Shown: positions 28,294 to 38,487, counted from the first letter of the stretch. The stretch is 64,000 nt of DNA from an uncultured bacterium (GCA_943787795.1 CALSNU010000001.1:672001-736000), one strand, 5' to 3'. The notes: generated from the letters alone by a model not told the origin. Program-made: numbers and translations.

Positions 28294-29337
28294 TCAGGGC
28301 TTCACGCCAAGGACGACGCTCCAGTAACCCGCGGTGCGCAGGCGCTCGACGCCGGTGAAGCCGCTGCGGTCGAGGAGCTCGGTGAGCTCGCTGACTCGAT
28401 ACTGCTGCCCCTCCGTCCATACGAGCATGTCGAGGTGGACGAGCTGGTTCGCGAGGGGGCCGCTGTCGTCGTCCTCCACGAGCTTCTCATGAATCAGGAT
28501 CCGGCCTCCCGGGGGCAGCGCAGCGAAGGCCTTCGCCACGAGCGCGGCGCCGGTCTCGAAGTTCCAGTCATGGAGGATCTGCGAGAGCAGGACCGTATCG
28601 AACCCCGCGGGGTAGCTCTCCGCGAACATGTCGCCTGGCCGGCTGGTGACGCGATCCTCGCAGCCCGCGGCCTGCACGTATTCCTCCGCGATGGGGCAGA
28701 CGGCCGGGATGTCCCAGATGACGCACTCGAGCTCGGGGTTGGCCCTCGCGAGGGCGATGGACAGCGCGCCGCTCCCGCCGCCCACGTCGAGGAGGCGCCT
28801 CGCGGACGCGAGGTCCACGCGCTCGGCGACTCCTGCGGCGGGCCGTTCGCTGACGCTGTGCATGGCGGCGGTGAACGCGCGGGCCTTGGCGGGGTCGGCC
28901 TCATGGGCCGCCCAGGGGTCCTCGCCGCCATAGACCGTCGCCTTGTCCTCGGCGAGGGCCTCGAGGAGGGCGGCAGGTGATAGGAAGCTGTCGACCTCCA
29001 TGTCCACGAGGCCCCAGAGCGAACCCTCGGCGCCCCGGGTCAGGTAGGCGGCCGCGTCCGCGGAGGCCGTGAAGCCGTCGGCGAGGACCTCGATGAAGCC
29101 CAGGGCGATCAGGGCGTCGAGCATCGAGCGCGTCCCGCGGAGGCTCCACCCCATCTCCGCCTGGACCTTGTCGAAGGAGCTCGCGCCGCTGGCGAGCAGG
29201 TCGAAGAGACCTGCCCGCACAGCAGCGGCCACCGCCGCGCTCTTGCGGCCGGCGATGTACGCGTCGTAGACGCGCTTGTCATCGATCGGAAAGCGCCCCG
29301 GGTTCAGGCGCTCCGTGCGATCGTCGGAACCCGTCAC
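28294..29337 (-). CDS. SAM-dependent O-methyltransferase (Methyltransf_2 with dimerisation domain)
   Basis: LLDVGGGSG, GDMF, SQILHDW; its GTG start overlaps the FKBP stop. Confidence 0.9.
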   Translation of the reverse strand: MTGSDDRTERLNPGRFPIDDKRVYDAYIAGRKSAAVAAAVRAGLFDLLASGASSFDKVQAEMGWSLRGTRSMLDALIALGFIEVLADGFTASADAAAYLTRGAEGSLWGLVDMEVDSFLSPAALLEALAEDKATVYGGEDPWAAHEADPAKARAFTAAMHSVSERPAAGVAERVDLASARRLLDVGGGSGALSIALARANPELECVIWDIPAVCPIAEEYVQAAGCEDRVTSRPGDMFAESYPAGFDTVLLSQILHDWNFETGAALVAKAFAALPPGGRILIHEKLVEDDDSGPLANQLVHLDMLVWTEGQQYRVSELTELLDRSGFTGVERLRTAGYWSVVLGVKP

Positions 29338-30569
29338 TTGACGGAGACGAGCTCGACGTAGAAGACCAGCGTGGCGTTCGGGGGGATGGCCCCGCCTGCG
29401 CCGCGGGCGCCGTACCCGATCGAGGGGGGGATCACAAACAGGGTCGCGCCGCCCTCCTTCATCAGCTGGAGGCCCTCGGTCCAACCGGCGATGACCCCGC
29501 CCAGGCTGAAGTCCAGGGGAGCGCCGCGGTCATAGGAGTTGTCGAAGCCGGTACCGTCCGTGAGCCAGCCGGCATAGTGAGCGGAGACTCCGTTGCTGGC
29601 CGTGGGGGTCTTACCGGTCCCCTCGCGGATGGTCTTGTACTTGAGGCCGGAGGGCGTCGTGGTGAGCTCGGACTCGTCGGGCATCTGGAACTCGGGCTTG
29701 TTGAAGCTCATGGTCCCCACACACTCGAGGACCCAGATCTCGTCGGAGCCCGGCTTCAGCACAGGGTTCCCGCTCCGCTGGCCGATTCCGATCTTGGCCG
29801 GGACGCTCATCACGAGCTGCGCTCCGGGCTTCAGCTGCTCGAGTGCCTCTTCCATGAACTTCAAAGGCACCGCCTTGGTGGACAGCGTCAGCGGGCCGCC
29901 CCGGCTGGTGTGACCGACAACGAAGGCGCCCTCCGGCGTGAAGCAGGAGAACTTGATGAGGCCCAGGTCGGACTCGGCGATGGTCGCCCCCTCACCCTCC
30001 TTGATCACCTGGATCTTGGAGCCCAGGGGCCTCTCGATGATCCCCTCAGCTTCAGCGCTGAACGGGATGAACGGGAGGGCACGGTCGACGATCGAGAGGA
30101 GCTCGACCTCGAAGATGAGGTCGGCGTTGCCCGCGATCTTGGGGGGGGAGCCGCGCTCGCCGTAGCCGAGAGCAGAGGGCACGTAGAGCTTCCACTGGGC
30201 GCCCGGCGACATCATCTGAAGGGCCTCGTTCCAACCCTCGATCAGGCCGCCAACGGGGAACTCGGCCGGCTGCGGGTCGAGCCCGGGGCGGCGAGGGGTA
30301 CGGGAGCTGTCGAAGACGGTCCCGTCGAGATTCCAACCCGTGTAGTTCACCCGCACCAGGTCGCCCATCGCCGGGGTCGCCGTGCCGTCACCTTCCTTCA
30401 TGACGCAGTAACGAAGGCCCGAGGGGAGCATCTTCATCTCGCCGCAATCCGGGATCGGCGGGTCCTCGGCTCTCGTGGTGAAGGGGGTGGTCTCCAGGGG
30501 CGCGGGGGCAACGGCCGGCGCCGAGACAAGGAGGTGCGTGGCGAGGAGGGGCGTGGCGAGGATCAACAT
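29334..30569 (-). CDS. Multi-domain FKBP-type peptidyl-prolyl isomerase, exported
   Basis: Two canonical FKBP domains (VNYTG..DGTVFDSS...GWNEAL; HYAG.LTDGTGFDNS...GWTEGL) flank a degenerate middle domain. Confidence 0.93.
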   Translation of the reverse strand: MLILATPLLATHLLVSAPAVAPAPLETTPFTTRAEDPPIPDCGEMKMLPSGLRYCVMKEGDGTATPAMGDLVRVNYTGWNLDGTVFDSSRTPRRPGLDPQPAEFPVGGLIEGWNEALQMMSPGAQWKLYVPSALGYGERGSPPKIAGNADLIFEVELLSIVDRALPFIPFSAEAEGIIERPLGSKIQVIKEGEGATIAESDLGLIKFSCFTPEGAFVVGHTSRGGPLTLSTKAVPLKFMEEALEQLKPGAQLVMSVPAKIGIGQRSGNPVLKPGSDEIWVLECVGTMSFNKPEFQMPDESELTTTPSGLKYKTIREGTGKTPTASNGVSAHYAGWLTDGTGFDNSYDRGAPLDFSLGGVIAGWTEGLQLMKEGGATLFVIPPSIGYGARGAGGAIPPNATLVFYVELVSVK

Positions 30570-30675
30570 CGTCAGGGGAGGAGGTGGTGCTTTGGGCCCT
30601 TGCAGGCACGTTAGGCCCTTACAGAAGCTGGGGCTGGATGAAGAGTGAGCGGGTTGGGGTCAGGCGGCGTCTACG

Positions 30676-31470
30676 TCACAGACCCATGACGTGATAGCCC
30701 GCGTCGACGAAGATCGTCGTGCCGGTGATGCCCCGGGAGTGGGGGCCGACCAGGAAGAGGCAGGTGTCGCCCACCTCCTCAGCGGTCACGTTGCGACGCA
30801 GTGGCGCCTTCTCGGCGATCCGGTCGAGCATGGTCCCGAAGTCCTTCACGCCGGAGGCCGAGAGGGTACGGATCGGGCCCGCGCTGACGGCGTTCACGCG
30901 GATGCCTCGAGGCCCGACGTCAGCGGCGAGGTAGCGGACGGACGCCTCGAGGGCAGCCTTCGCGATCCCCATCACGTTGTAGTTGGGGACCACTCGATCC
31001 GCGCCGAGGTAGCTCAGGGTCACGATCGATCCCTCGCGCCCTTCCATGAGGGGGAGGGCAGCGCGGGTCACCGCGGTGAGGGAGTACGCGGACACCTCGT
31101 GGGCGAGCATGTAGCCCTCCTTCGACGTGTCGAAGAAGCTCCCCTGGAGCTCCTCGCGTCTGGCGAAGGCGATGGCATGCACCATGGCGTCAAGCCCTCC
31201 GAATTCACTCCCGATCGTCTCGAAGGCCGCCTTGACCTCCTCGGGCTGGGTGACGTCACAGGGGAGCGTGATCGATCCCGGGCACTCTTCGGCCAGCTTG
31301 TCCACGGCCGCCTTCAGCCGCTCGTTCGCGTAGGTGAACGCTAGCTTCATGCCAGCGTCCGCGAGGGAGCGCGCGCAGCCCCACGCGAGGGAGCGCTTGT
31401 TGGCGACGCCAAGGATGACGCCGGTCTTGCCTTCGAGGATCCTCGGAACGGAGGGGGCGGTGTCGGACAT
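30676..31470 (-). CDS. fabI: Enoyl-ACP reductase FabI
   Basis: GVANKRSLAWG, HAIAFA, YNVMGIAKAALE and SAGPIRTL motifs. Confidence 0.96.
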   Translation of the reverse strand: MSDTAPSVPRILEGKTGVILGVANKRSLAWGCARSLADAGMKLAFTYANERLKAAVDKLAEECPGSITLPCDVTQPEEVKAAFETIGSEFGGLDAMVHAIAFARREELQGSFFDTSKEGYMLAHEVSAYSLTAVTRAALPLMEGREGSIVTLSYLGADRVVPNYNVMGIAKAALEASVRYLAADVGPRGIRVNAVSAGPIRTLSASGVKDFGTMLDRIAEKAPLRRNVTAEEVGDTCLFLVGPHSRGITGTTIFVDAGYHVMGL

Positions 31471-31698
31471 GCCGGATTTGAATGGTGGGCGATCATGCCG
31501 GCCCCCAATCCCGGGTGCCGGTCTGGCGGATTCGAGCGGGGAGGATAGTGGTTCCGCCGTTCCGTGGGCGCATCCCAGGGGGGGGAAGCAGTTATCCACA
31601 TCTGCCAAGGGCCCCACAGCGGGTCCGCTCACGATTCCGGGGATTGGTGGATCCGACACGGCTCCTGGGTGCCTTCCGTGAGGGTCGAGCGGACCCCC

Positions 31699-31728
31699 TT
31701 GACGATTTTTGGCCCCGACGCCTAGGGT
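31699..31728 (+). promoter_or_regulatory. Candidate sigma70 promoter for the 31778 operon
   Basis: TTGACG-18 bp-TAGGGT about 50 bp upstream of the ORF, in the divergent intergenic region. Confidence 0.3.
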
Positions 31729-31777
31729 GAATTCCTAGCCGGACGCTCTCCCGGCGGTCCCAATCCCCTCGCTTACG

Positions 31778-32365
31778 ATGCCTCAACCACGACCTGCCCT
31801 TGAGCCGCGCTGGCCCATGCGTGACCGATGGTCGCCCGTGCCGTCGTGGCGCCGCTACCTGCGGGTGGGGCAGGCCGAGGAGATCCTGAGGCAGATCATT
31901 CCCGGCGACCCCCTCCGCCTCCGGTTTCTGGCGGCTGCGCGGATCACGGCGGCAGCCCGCTTGCTGGACGTCGACCGGGTCGTCGTGCGAGCCATGGCGA
32001 GGATCTCCCACGGGGCCGCGCTCCTCGGCCCGCCCTCCTCGGAGCAATGGCTGGTCGAGGAGATGGACCAGGCCATTGAGGACGTCGTGGAGGACGGCCT
32101 CGTCGGGGCCGATGTCTCCTGCTCATTCCTCGACGCGCTCGCCCAGGGCGCTGAGGTGAAGCACGAGGCGCTCGCTCGATCTTGCGTGGCCTTCAATCGA
32201 CGGAGTCGTGATGAGCGGGTCGCCTTCTGGTCTCTCATGCTGGCGGCCGAACCCCTGGACGAGGCCTCGCGGCGACATGGGGTCAGCCCGACGGAGCTCG
32301 CCCAGCGGTCGAAGAGGGTCCTCTCTGCGATGCTGCGGGCGGTTGCAGAGAGCGGTGCCGCATGA
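31778..32365 (+). CDS. Highly divergent ECF sigma factor-like protein
   Basis: The C-terminus resembles sigma region 4 (RSRDERVAFWSLMLAAEPLDEASRRHGVSPTELAQRSKRVL). Region-2-like segments are DVDRVVVRAMARI and WLVEEMDQAIED. Confidence 0.5.
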   Translation: MPQPRPALEPRWPMRDRWSPVPSWRRYLRVGQAEEILRQIIPGDPLRLRFLAAARITAAARLLDVDRVVVRAMARISHGAALLGPPSSEQWLVEEMDQAIEDVVEDGLVGADVSCSFLDALAQGAEVKHEALARSCVAFNRRSRDERVAFWSLMLAAEPLDEASRRHGVSPTELAQRSKRVLSAMLRAVAESGAA

Positions 32366-35166
32366 CCAGCGCCTCAGAGCCACAGCCCCTCGAAGACGCT
32401 GTCGACCTGCTGCTACCCGACGCTTCAAGTGGTGAACGGGAGGTCGCGAGGGGCCTCGCCGCGACCTTTCGGCTGGCGGCGATCGAGACCGCAGATACGC
32501 GATCGCCGTCCACGGGGATCGAGCCTGGCTTGGCCTTGGCGGCGCTGCGCGAGCATGACCTGGTGGAGGCGCTGCTTGGGCTGCAGGACCTCATGATTCA
32601 CCACGCGGCGCCCTGCCGTGGCAGCTCGTCCTTCGCGGTCCTGCCGCGACCCCGCGCGCCCTATACCGAGTCACTGCAGTCGCTCCTGAAGCTCCTCGGG
32701 CGCCGCTCCGCCGACCTGCAGTTCCGCCTGCCGGCGCCAGAGACGCCGCAGCGGACCGCGCTTCAGGAGTTGCTCGAGGTGATGAACGCCTGGGTCCAGC
32801 ACCCGGAGGCTCGCCAGGGACAGGTGGATCAGGCGAGACTGTGGGAGGCCCGCTGCCTTCACAACGACGGCGAGTTATCAGGTTCCCGTGAACTGCTCGA
32901 GGAGATCTTGAGAGGCCTCGCGGGCGCCAACGATCGGGGGACCCGCAGGTTGCGGGCTGACGTGCTGGCGGAGCTGGTGTCGCTGCACATGGATGAAGGC
33001 GACCTCGAGCAGGCGAAGGCCACGGTCGCCCGCGGCGGCCCATCGCCGAGGCAGCCGGCCGACGTGCGCTGGAACCTGGACGCGCTGGCTCTGGCCATCG
33101 AGTGGCTCATGGGGGGCGCGACCTTCCCGGCGCTCGATGACGCCTTCGTCCGCTCGGGGTTCGACGTGCCCGGAGGTTGGCGGGAGGTCCTGCAGCGCGC
33201 TGAGCCTCAGCGGACGGCGGCACAGCGGGCTCCGCTGCAAGCGGAGGTGAACGCGACGGGCGGTCACCGTCTCTCTCTCCCGAGTCGTTCGGAGCTCGGC
33301 GCTCAGGCGGTGATCTTTCTGGTCATCGATGATCAGGGGCGACTGCGCAGGGGCGCTGCAGATGTGGCGCCGGCGCTCGAGGGGGAGGTGGACCGGTGGC
33401 TCCGCCGGTGTTGTCATGCCGACGGGGAGTCTCGCTCGATCCCGCAGGCGGCGCTGCGCGAGTCCGCTCCGGTGATCGTCATGTCTGGAGCGCCAGGGGC
33501 TGGCTCCGACGAGAGCCTGCAGCGCTCATGTATCGACGCCGAGCGTGGTTGCCCCAAGGGGGTCATTGCGCTGCCTCTCGAGCAGGGGCATGAGGTCGTG
33601 GGGCTGCTCTGGATGGAGTTTGCGAGCCGCATGCTCCCGGGGGCTGCTCGCCTTCAATCCGTCGCTGACCAGGCGGTCGGCCATCCGCTGCTTCGCCATC
33701 GGGTGGGAGCCGCGGTTCGCTTGGCCGAGGAGAATGTCGGGCCGCTGGCGCTTGAGGAGCAGTGGGTACGAACGGACCTTCGTCGCCTCTGGGCCGAGCT
33801 TGTTGAGGAGCTGGCGCTCAAGACCGCCGAGCGACGCTGGGTTGCGTTTCAGCGCGTCGGGTCTTCCGGTGACCTGATCCCTGTCGCGGGCGGTGGCGAG
33901 GGCGGAGGCCGCCTCGGGGAGCCCAGCAACGGGGGGCTTTGGGCCATCCGGCGGGTGCTTGCGGGAGGGGGATACCTCCGTTACGAGGGCGATCAGGACG
34001 GTGAACGCTCCTCCATGCTGCACCCTGGCGCCGCCGCAGGCGTGGCGGTCGCGGTCCCGGGCTTCTCGGGTGTTGAGGCCGTGCTCATCATCGAATCAGC
34101 GCGCCACGGCGACAGTCGCGAGCGAGACGCCGCGCGCTGGGCCAAGGCGCTGGAGGGCCGATCAGACGTGCTCCAGTGCGGGGCCCTGGACCATCGCGAT
34201 CGAGTCCGCAAGGGGGGCGGCCTCGTCCTTGACTCCAGGGCACCCGACGAGCTGAAGCGGCTGACCCAGATCCAGGTGCTCGCCAGTAATCGCACGGATC
34301 TCATCATCCGTGGCGAGGCGGGGAGCGGACGACGGACGATCGCCCGAGCCGTCCATCATGCTCGGCATGCGCGGAGTGGCCGCGACGATCTCGTCCAGTT
34401 GTCGAGCTTCGGGCTGCAGCCGGGCGACCTGGAGCGGGCGTTCTCCGACGACGCGGTCGAGACCGTGGTGTTGACCGATGTCGGGCGTTTGAGCGTCGAT
34501 GGCCAGGTGACCCTCGCGCAGCTTCTGGGCCGAGGTATCCAGGATCGCCCGCGGCTCGTTGCAACGGGGTCGAGCCCGATCGCGAGGGAAGGCGCGTCCT
34601 TTGAAGACTCGGACCGGGCGGGCGCCGCGGAGCCGCCTGGGCTGGCCCGTCACCCGGACCTGTATCGGAACCTCGAGCGGGTCGCGGTCCTGGTTCCGCC
34701 GCTGCGCCACGTTCGGCACCGGATCCCGGGGCTGGCGCGGTCCCTCGCCGCGCGCTGGGAGCGGAGCGCCAGACCCGGAGTCCCGATGCTCTGGTCCGAG
34801 GAGTCCGATGAGGTCGAAGCGGTCCTTTGGCGTCAGCCCTGGGAGGGGAACGCCGTCGAGTTGGAGGCGGTGGTCCGTCAGGCGCTCCTCCGCGCCGAGG
34901 GCGCCGCGGTGGGGGTCGCAGGCCTCATGGCGGCATTCAGAGATGTGGGGCTGACCCCTGTCTCGCGGCTCTCCTCGCGCAGCCCTGAGGTACGAGACGT
35001 CGCCTCCGCGCTGTGGACCACCCGGACGGCCACGGGGCGCGTGAACAAGACCAAGGCGGCGACCTACTGTGGCTGGGACCCGAACACATTGACGGCACGC
35101 CTGCGCGACATGGGGATCTCAGACCTCGGGGACGTCGAGCGCTTGCTGGCGGATTCGCCGACCTGA
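32362..35166 (+). CDS. Degenerate sigma54-activator-like (bEBP) protein: helical N-terminus, GAF-like domains, pseudo-AAA+, Fis-type HTH
   Basis: IIRGEAGSGRRTIARAVH, DLYRNL...VPPLR, QPWEGNAVEL, and C-terminal NKTKAATYCGWDPNTLTARL. Confidence 0.72.
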   Translation: MTSASEPQPLEDAVDLLLPDASSGEREVARGLAATFRLAAIETADTRSPSTGIEPGLALAALREHDLVEALLGLQDLMIHHAAPCRGSSSFAVLPRPRAPYTESLQSLLKLLGRRSADLQFRLPAPETPQRTALQELLEVMNAWVQHPEARQGQVDQARLWEARCLHNDGELSGSRELLEEILRGLAGANDRGTRRLRADVLAELVSLHMDEGDLEQAKATVARGGPSPRQPADVRWNLDALALAIEWLMGGATFPALDDAFVRSGFDVPGGWREVLQRAEPQRTAAQRAPLQAEVNATGGHRLSLPSRSELGAQAVIFLVIDDQGRLRRGAADVAPALEGEVDRWLRRCCHADGESRSIPQAALRESAPVIVMSGAPGAGSDESLQRSCIDAERGCPKGVIALPLEQGHEVVGLLWMEFASRMLPGAARLQSVADQAVGHPLLRHRVGAAVRLAEENVGPLALEEQWVRTDLRRLWAELVEELALKTAERRWVAFQRVGSSGDLIPVAGGGEGGGRLGEPSNGGLWAIRRVLAGGGYLRYEGDQDGERSSMLHPGAAAGVAVAVPGFSGVEAVLIIESARHGDSRERDAARWAKALEGRSDVLQCGALDHRDRVRKGGGLVLDSRAPDELKRLTQIQVLASNRTDLIIRGEAGSGRRTIARAVHHARHARSGRDDLVQLSSFGLQPGDLERAFSDDAVETVVLTDVGRLSVDGQVTLAQLLGRGIQDRPRLVATGSSPIAREGASFEDSDRAGAAEPPGLARHPDLYRNLERVAVLVPPLRHVRHRIPGLARSLAARWERSARPGVPMLWSEESDEVEAVLWRQPWEGNAVELEAVVRQALLRAEGAAVGVAGLMAAFRDVGLTPVSRLSSRSPEVRDVASALWTTRTATGRVNKTKAATYCGWDPNTLTARLRDMGISDLGDVERLLADSPT

Positions 35167-35298
35167 GGCGGCCCCCCTTCGGCGAGCTTGCCCGCTAGGA
35201 TCTCGGCCCCACCCAGCCCTGGTCCGGCGCCGATCACGGTCCCGCCCCTGGCTCTGATCCAGGCCTCGATCTCGGCTCTGAGCGCCGAGTTGTCCACG

Positions 35299-36372
35299 TT
35301 GCGCACCACAGACTTCGACTTCCAGCTTCCGGTCGAGCGTATTGCCCAGGAGCCCGTGGAGCCCCGCGATGCCGCGCGACTCCTCGTTCGCGACTCCGCC
35401 AATGGGGGAGAGCTTCGCCACGGGCAGGTGAAGGACCTGCCGGACTTCCTGCGGGCCGGTGATCTGTTGGTCGTCAACGACACGCGTGTTCTTCCTGCGC
35501 GGGTGATCGGGAGGCGCGCCACCGGGGGGCAGGTCGAGCTGCTGTTCCTCCAACCGGACGCGGCCTTCGCGCATGAGCAGGGCTGGCGGGCGATGGTTCG
35601 TCCTGCGAAGAAGCTCAAGCCCGGCGAACGGGTGGAGTGCCAGGCTGGGGTGGTCGCCCGGATGCTGGAGCGATCCAGCGAAGACGGCACGTGGGCGGTG
35701 ACCCTTGAAGGCGAGGACGGAGAGGTCCGGCCGGTCGAGGAGTGGCTCGCCCGATGCGGGGTGATGCCGCTGCCGCCATACATCCAGCGCGCCGCGAGGG
35801 CAGAGGACTCAGCGCGCTACCAGACCGTCTACGCCTCGGAGCCGGGAGCTGTGGCAGCGCCTACCGCGGGGCTGCACTTCACGGACAGGCTCCTCGCGAG
35901 GCTCAAGGAGCGCGGCGTGGACGTCGCCCGCGTCACTCTCCACGTCGGGGCTGGGACGTTCTTGCCCGTGACCGCCGACCGGCTGGAGGATCACGCCATG
36001 CACTCCGAGCGCTACGAACTCTCCGCGGACTGCGAGCGGGCTGTGCGCCGGGCCCGGGTGGCCGGGGGCCGGGTCATCGCGGTCGGGACGACCAGCGCGC
36101 GGGTGCTGGAGTCGTGCCGGGCGGGCGACGGAGAGGAGTCCCCCGCTGGCGTCGAGGCAGGACGCGGGGAAACCCGGATCTTCCTCCATCCCGGCCACGG
36201 GCCGGCCGTCTGTGACGGCATCTTCACCAACTTCCATCTCCCCAAGAGCACGCTCGTGATGCTCGTCGCGTCGTTCATCGGGACAGCTGAGACGCTGGCC
36301 ATGTACCGCGCCGCGATAGAGGCCGAGTACCGGTTCTATAGCTACGGAGACGCGACCCTGGTGTTGCGCTGA
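35299..36372 (+). CDS. queA: S-adenosylmethionine:tRNA ribosyltransferase-isomerase
   Basis: IAQEP, NDTRV, PLPPYI, YQTVYA, AAPTAGLHF, TNFHLP, YSYGDA. Confidence 0.97.
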   Translation: MRTTDFDFQLPVERIAQEPVEPRDAARLLVRDSANGGELRHGQVKDLPDFLRAGDLLVVNDTRVLPARVIGRRATGGQVELLFLQPDAAFAHEQGWRAMVRPAKKLKPGERVECQAGVVARMLERSSEDGTWAVTLEGEDGEVRPVEEWLARCGVMPLPPYIQRAARAEDSARYQTVYASEPGAVAAPTAGLHFTDRLLARLKERGVDVARVTLHVGAGTFLPVTADRLEDHAMHSERYELSADCERAVRRARVAGGRVIAVGTTSARVLESCRAGDGEESPAGVEAGRGETRIFLHPGHGPAVCDGIFTNFHLPKSTLVMLVASFIGTAETLAMYRAAIEAEYRFYSYGDATLVLR

Positions 36373-36379
36373 GCGGCGC

Positions 36380-37117
36380 TCACTCGTCGCCGCTGCTGAG
36401 CAAGGTCCGCAGACCTCTCGCGGCGAGACCGGGGTCCTCGGCGCTCAGGATCGCCGAGCCGACAGCGGCCCTGCCGACCCGGTCGAGCTGATCTGCGTTG
36501 GAGAGATTGATCCCGCCGATGGGGAAGACGGGCGCAGTAGATGACGCTGCAGCTAGCCAGGCACGCTCGGGGCCCACGATGGCGGGCTGCCCGATCGCAG
36601 CCGTGCTCTGGAGGTACCCCTTGGTGGAGGTGGGAAACACGGGGCCGAAGCCGAGCATGTCGACGGGTTCGTCGAGGGCCGCCGCGAGCTCCGCGGCGTG
36701 GTGGGTGGACAAGCCGATCACTTGGTCCGCGGCCAGCACTCCCCGGGCGACGGCCGGAGGCGTATCCGATGCGCCCACGTGGACGCCGTCCAATCCTTCC
36801 GGGGCGAGGGCCGCGGCGACATCGACGCGGTCGTTCACCATGACCAGGGGGGGCATTGCCAGGTCGCTCGCTGCACGCATGGCGAGGACCTTGCGGCACC
36901 AGTGGGCCGCGTCTCGGGCGCCCGTGATCGTCGCTCCCTTGGGGGCGCCAGGGGCTCGATCTCCAAGCACCTTGGGGCGCACCTGGATCACGTCCACGAA
37001 GGGAAGCGCGCGCTCCAGAGACTCCAGCGCAGCCTCACCGGCGAGGTCCGGCGTGAAGATGAGCAGCAGCGTCGCGTCCCGTAGACGAGCCCGCCGCTGA
37101 TCATGGCTCAGCAGCAT
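36380..37117 (-). CDS. thiE: Thiamine-phosphate synthase
   Basis: IQVRPK, VNDRVD, GVHVG, GLSTH, GPVFPTSTK, IGGI. Confidence 0.9.
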   Translation of the reverse strand: MLLSHDQRRARLRDATLLLIFTPDLAGEAALESLERALPFVDVIQVRPKVLGDRAPGAPKGATITGARDAAHWCRKVLAMRAASDLAMPPLVMVNDRVDVAAALAPEGLDGVHVGASDTPPAVARGVLAADQVIGLSTHHAAELAAALDEPVDMLGFGPVFPTSTKGYLQSTAAIGQPAIVGPERAWLAAASSTAPVFPIGGINLSNADQLDRVGRAAVGSAILSAEDPGLAARGLRTLLSSGDE

Positions 37118-38316
37118 GACGACCCGCCGCCCGGAGAGGGTTCGCAGCAGGCACTCGTGCCCGGCGCGACCTCGGCCTGGGCGACCCCTTGCTTGGTCTC
37201 CGCGGCGCCTCGGGGAGAGTTGGTCCGGCAGTTGAACGGCGTCGCCTCGGAGGGCTGGACCTCGAGGAGAGGGGGGACCGGGATGAACTGATCGGCGTAG
37301 GGCTCGCTCGTGTAGATCTCGAAGGTCTTGCGGCACACAGCACTCCGGACGCCACGGGTCAGCGTGTGCCCATCATCGTCAATGACCTTCTTCCACGGGC
37401 CCTTGTAGATGACGGCCTCGCGGTAGTCGTCGCATGGGCCCTCCTTCCCCTTGCGTGCAAGCACGGTCATCGACCGGAACTCGATCCCGTTGACGACGGC
37501 CCAGGGCTCCGACTGATAGCTGACGATCTCGACTCCATACAGGCCGGCGTCAGCGAAGGCCTGCAGGAAGCGATCCTCGCGCATGGCACCGGAAATGCAC
37601 CCAGACCACAGCTCGGGGTCGCGCTGCATCTCCTCGGGGACATCCTCGTCCGAGACGATGTCGCTGATGGCGGCGCGCCCGCCGCGCTTCAGCACCCGGT
37701 GGATCTCGGCGAACATCCTGGGCTTGTCGGCGGGATCGACGAGGTTGAGGACGCAGTTGGAGAGCACCACGTCGACGGACTCATCCGCGACCATCGGGGT
37801 GGACTCGCGGAGGACACGGCGCTGCTGCTCGAGGGCGGCCAGGCTCTGAACATCCTGAACCGGATGCTCCACGAGCCACGCTTCCAGCGCATCATGGTCC
37901 AGGCGAAGATCCTGGATGTGGCCGCGCCGGAAGTCGACGTTGTGCCACCCGATGCGCTCGCCAACGGACTGCTGGTGGGCCCGAGCGAGGGCGAGCATCT
38001 CGTCCGTGGTATCGACACCGATCACCTGGCCCGTCGGACCGACGATCTGGCTGGCCATGTAGCAGATCTTTCCAGCTCCCGAGCCCAGGTCGAGCACCAC
38101 CTCACCCTCTCGGACGAATCGGCTGGGGTCACCGCAGCCGTAGTCGCGATCCACGATCTCTGGTGGGAGGACCGCGAGGAGCGACGCGTCGTAGTCGACC
38201 GGACAGCAAAGCTCGGGGACCTGCTGGTGTGCGCCTTCTGCATACCGAGCGCGGACCGTTTCGAGGGTGGAGTCGGGGTGCCTGGACGTCGTCGGGGGGG
38301 GGCTGGTGTGGCTCAT
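37108..38316 (-). CDS. Arsenite methyltransferase-like (ArsM/AS3MT-like) SAM-dependent methyltransferase
   Basis: LCCPVDY, YGCGDP, LDLGSGAG, SNCVLN, WSGCISGA, and a C-terminal CC...CC tail. Confidence 0.75.
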   Translation of the reverse strand: MSHTSPPPTTSRHPDSTLETVRARYAEGAHQQVPELCCPVDYDASLLAVLPPEIVDRDYGCGDPSRFVREGEVVLDLGSGAGKICYMASQIVGPTGQVIGVDTTDEMLALARAHQQSVGERIGWHNVDFRRGHIQDLRLDHDALEAWLVEHPVQDVQSLAALEQQRRVLRESTPMVADESVDVVLSNCVLNLVDPADKPRMFAEIHRVLKRGGRAAISDIVSDEDVPEEMQRDPELWSGCISGAMREDRFLQAFADAGLYGVEIVSYQSEPWAVVNGIEFRSMTVLARKGKEGPCDDYREAVIYKGPWKKVIDDDGHTLTRGVRSAVCRKTFEIYTSEPYADQFIPVPPLLEVQPSEATPFNCRTNSPRGAAETKQGVAQAEVAPGTSACCEPSPGGGSSCC

Positions 38317-38487
38317 CTCTCCCGTCTTGTAACGCCTGCTGGCCCTCCGTAGCAGGTCCAACTCGCATGTCCCGCACGCACGCCCTCATGGACAAGGTGA
38401 ACGGCCCGCGAGTCAGGAGACTCGCGGGCCGATCGGGGGGGGGGTCCTGGTCGCTCCTCGGGGGAGCGGTCTCGTGGCGGCGTTGGG

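Noticed and set aside
31592..31600. Perfect DnaA box TTATCCACA in the fabI divergent intergenic region
   Set aside because: It is a single copy with no box cluster, AT-rich unwinding element or dnaA/dnaN nearby, so it is not called oriC; it could be a lone regulatory site.
38317..38487. TPP riboswitch upstream of the thiE-containing unit
   Set aside because: I could not find the conserved CTGAGA and CCTGA...AATNC cores.
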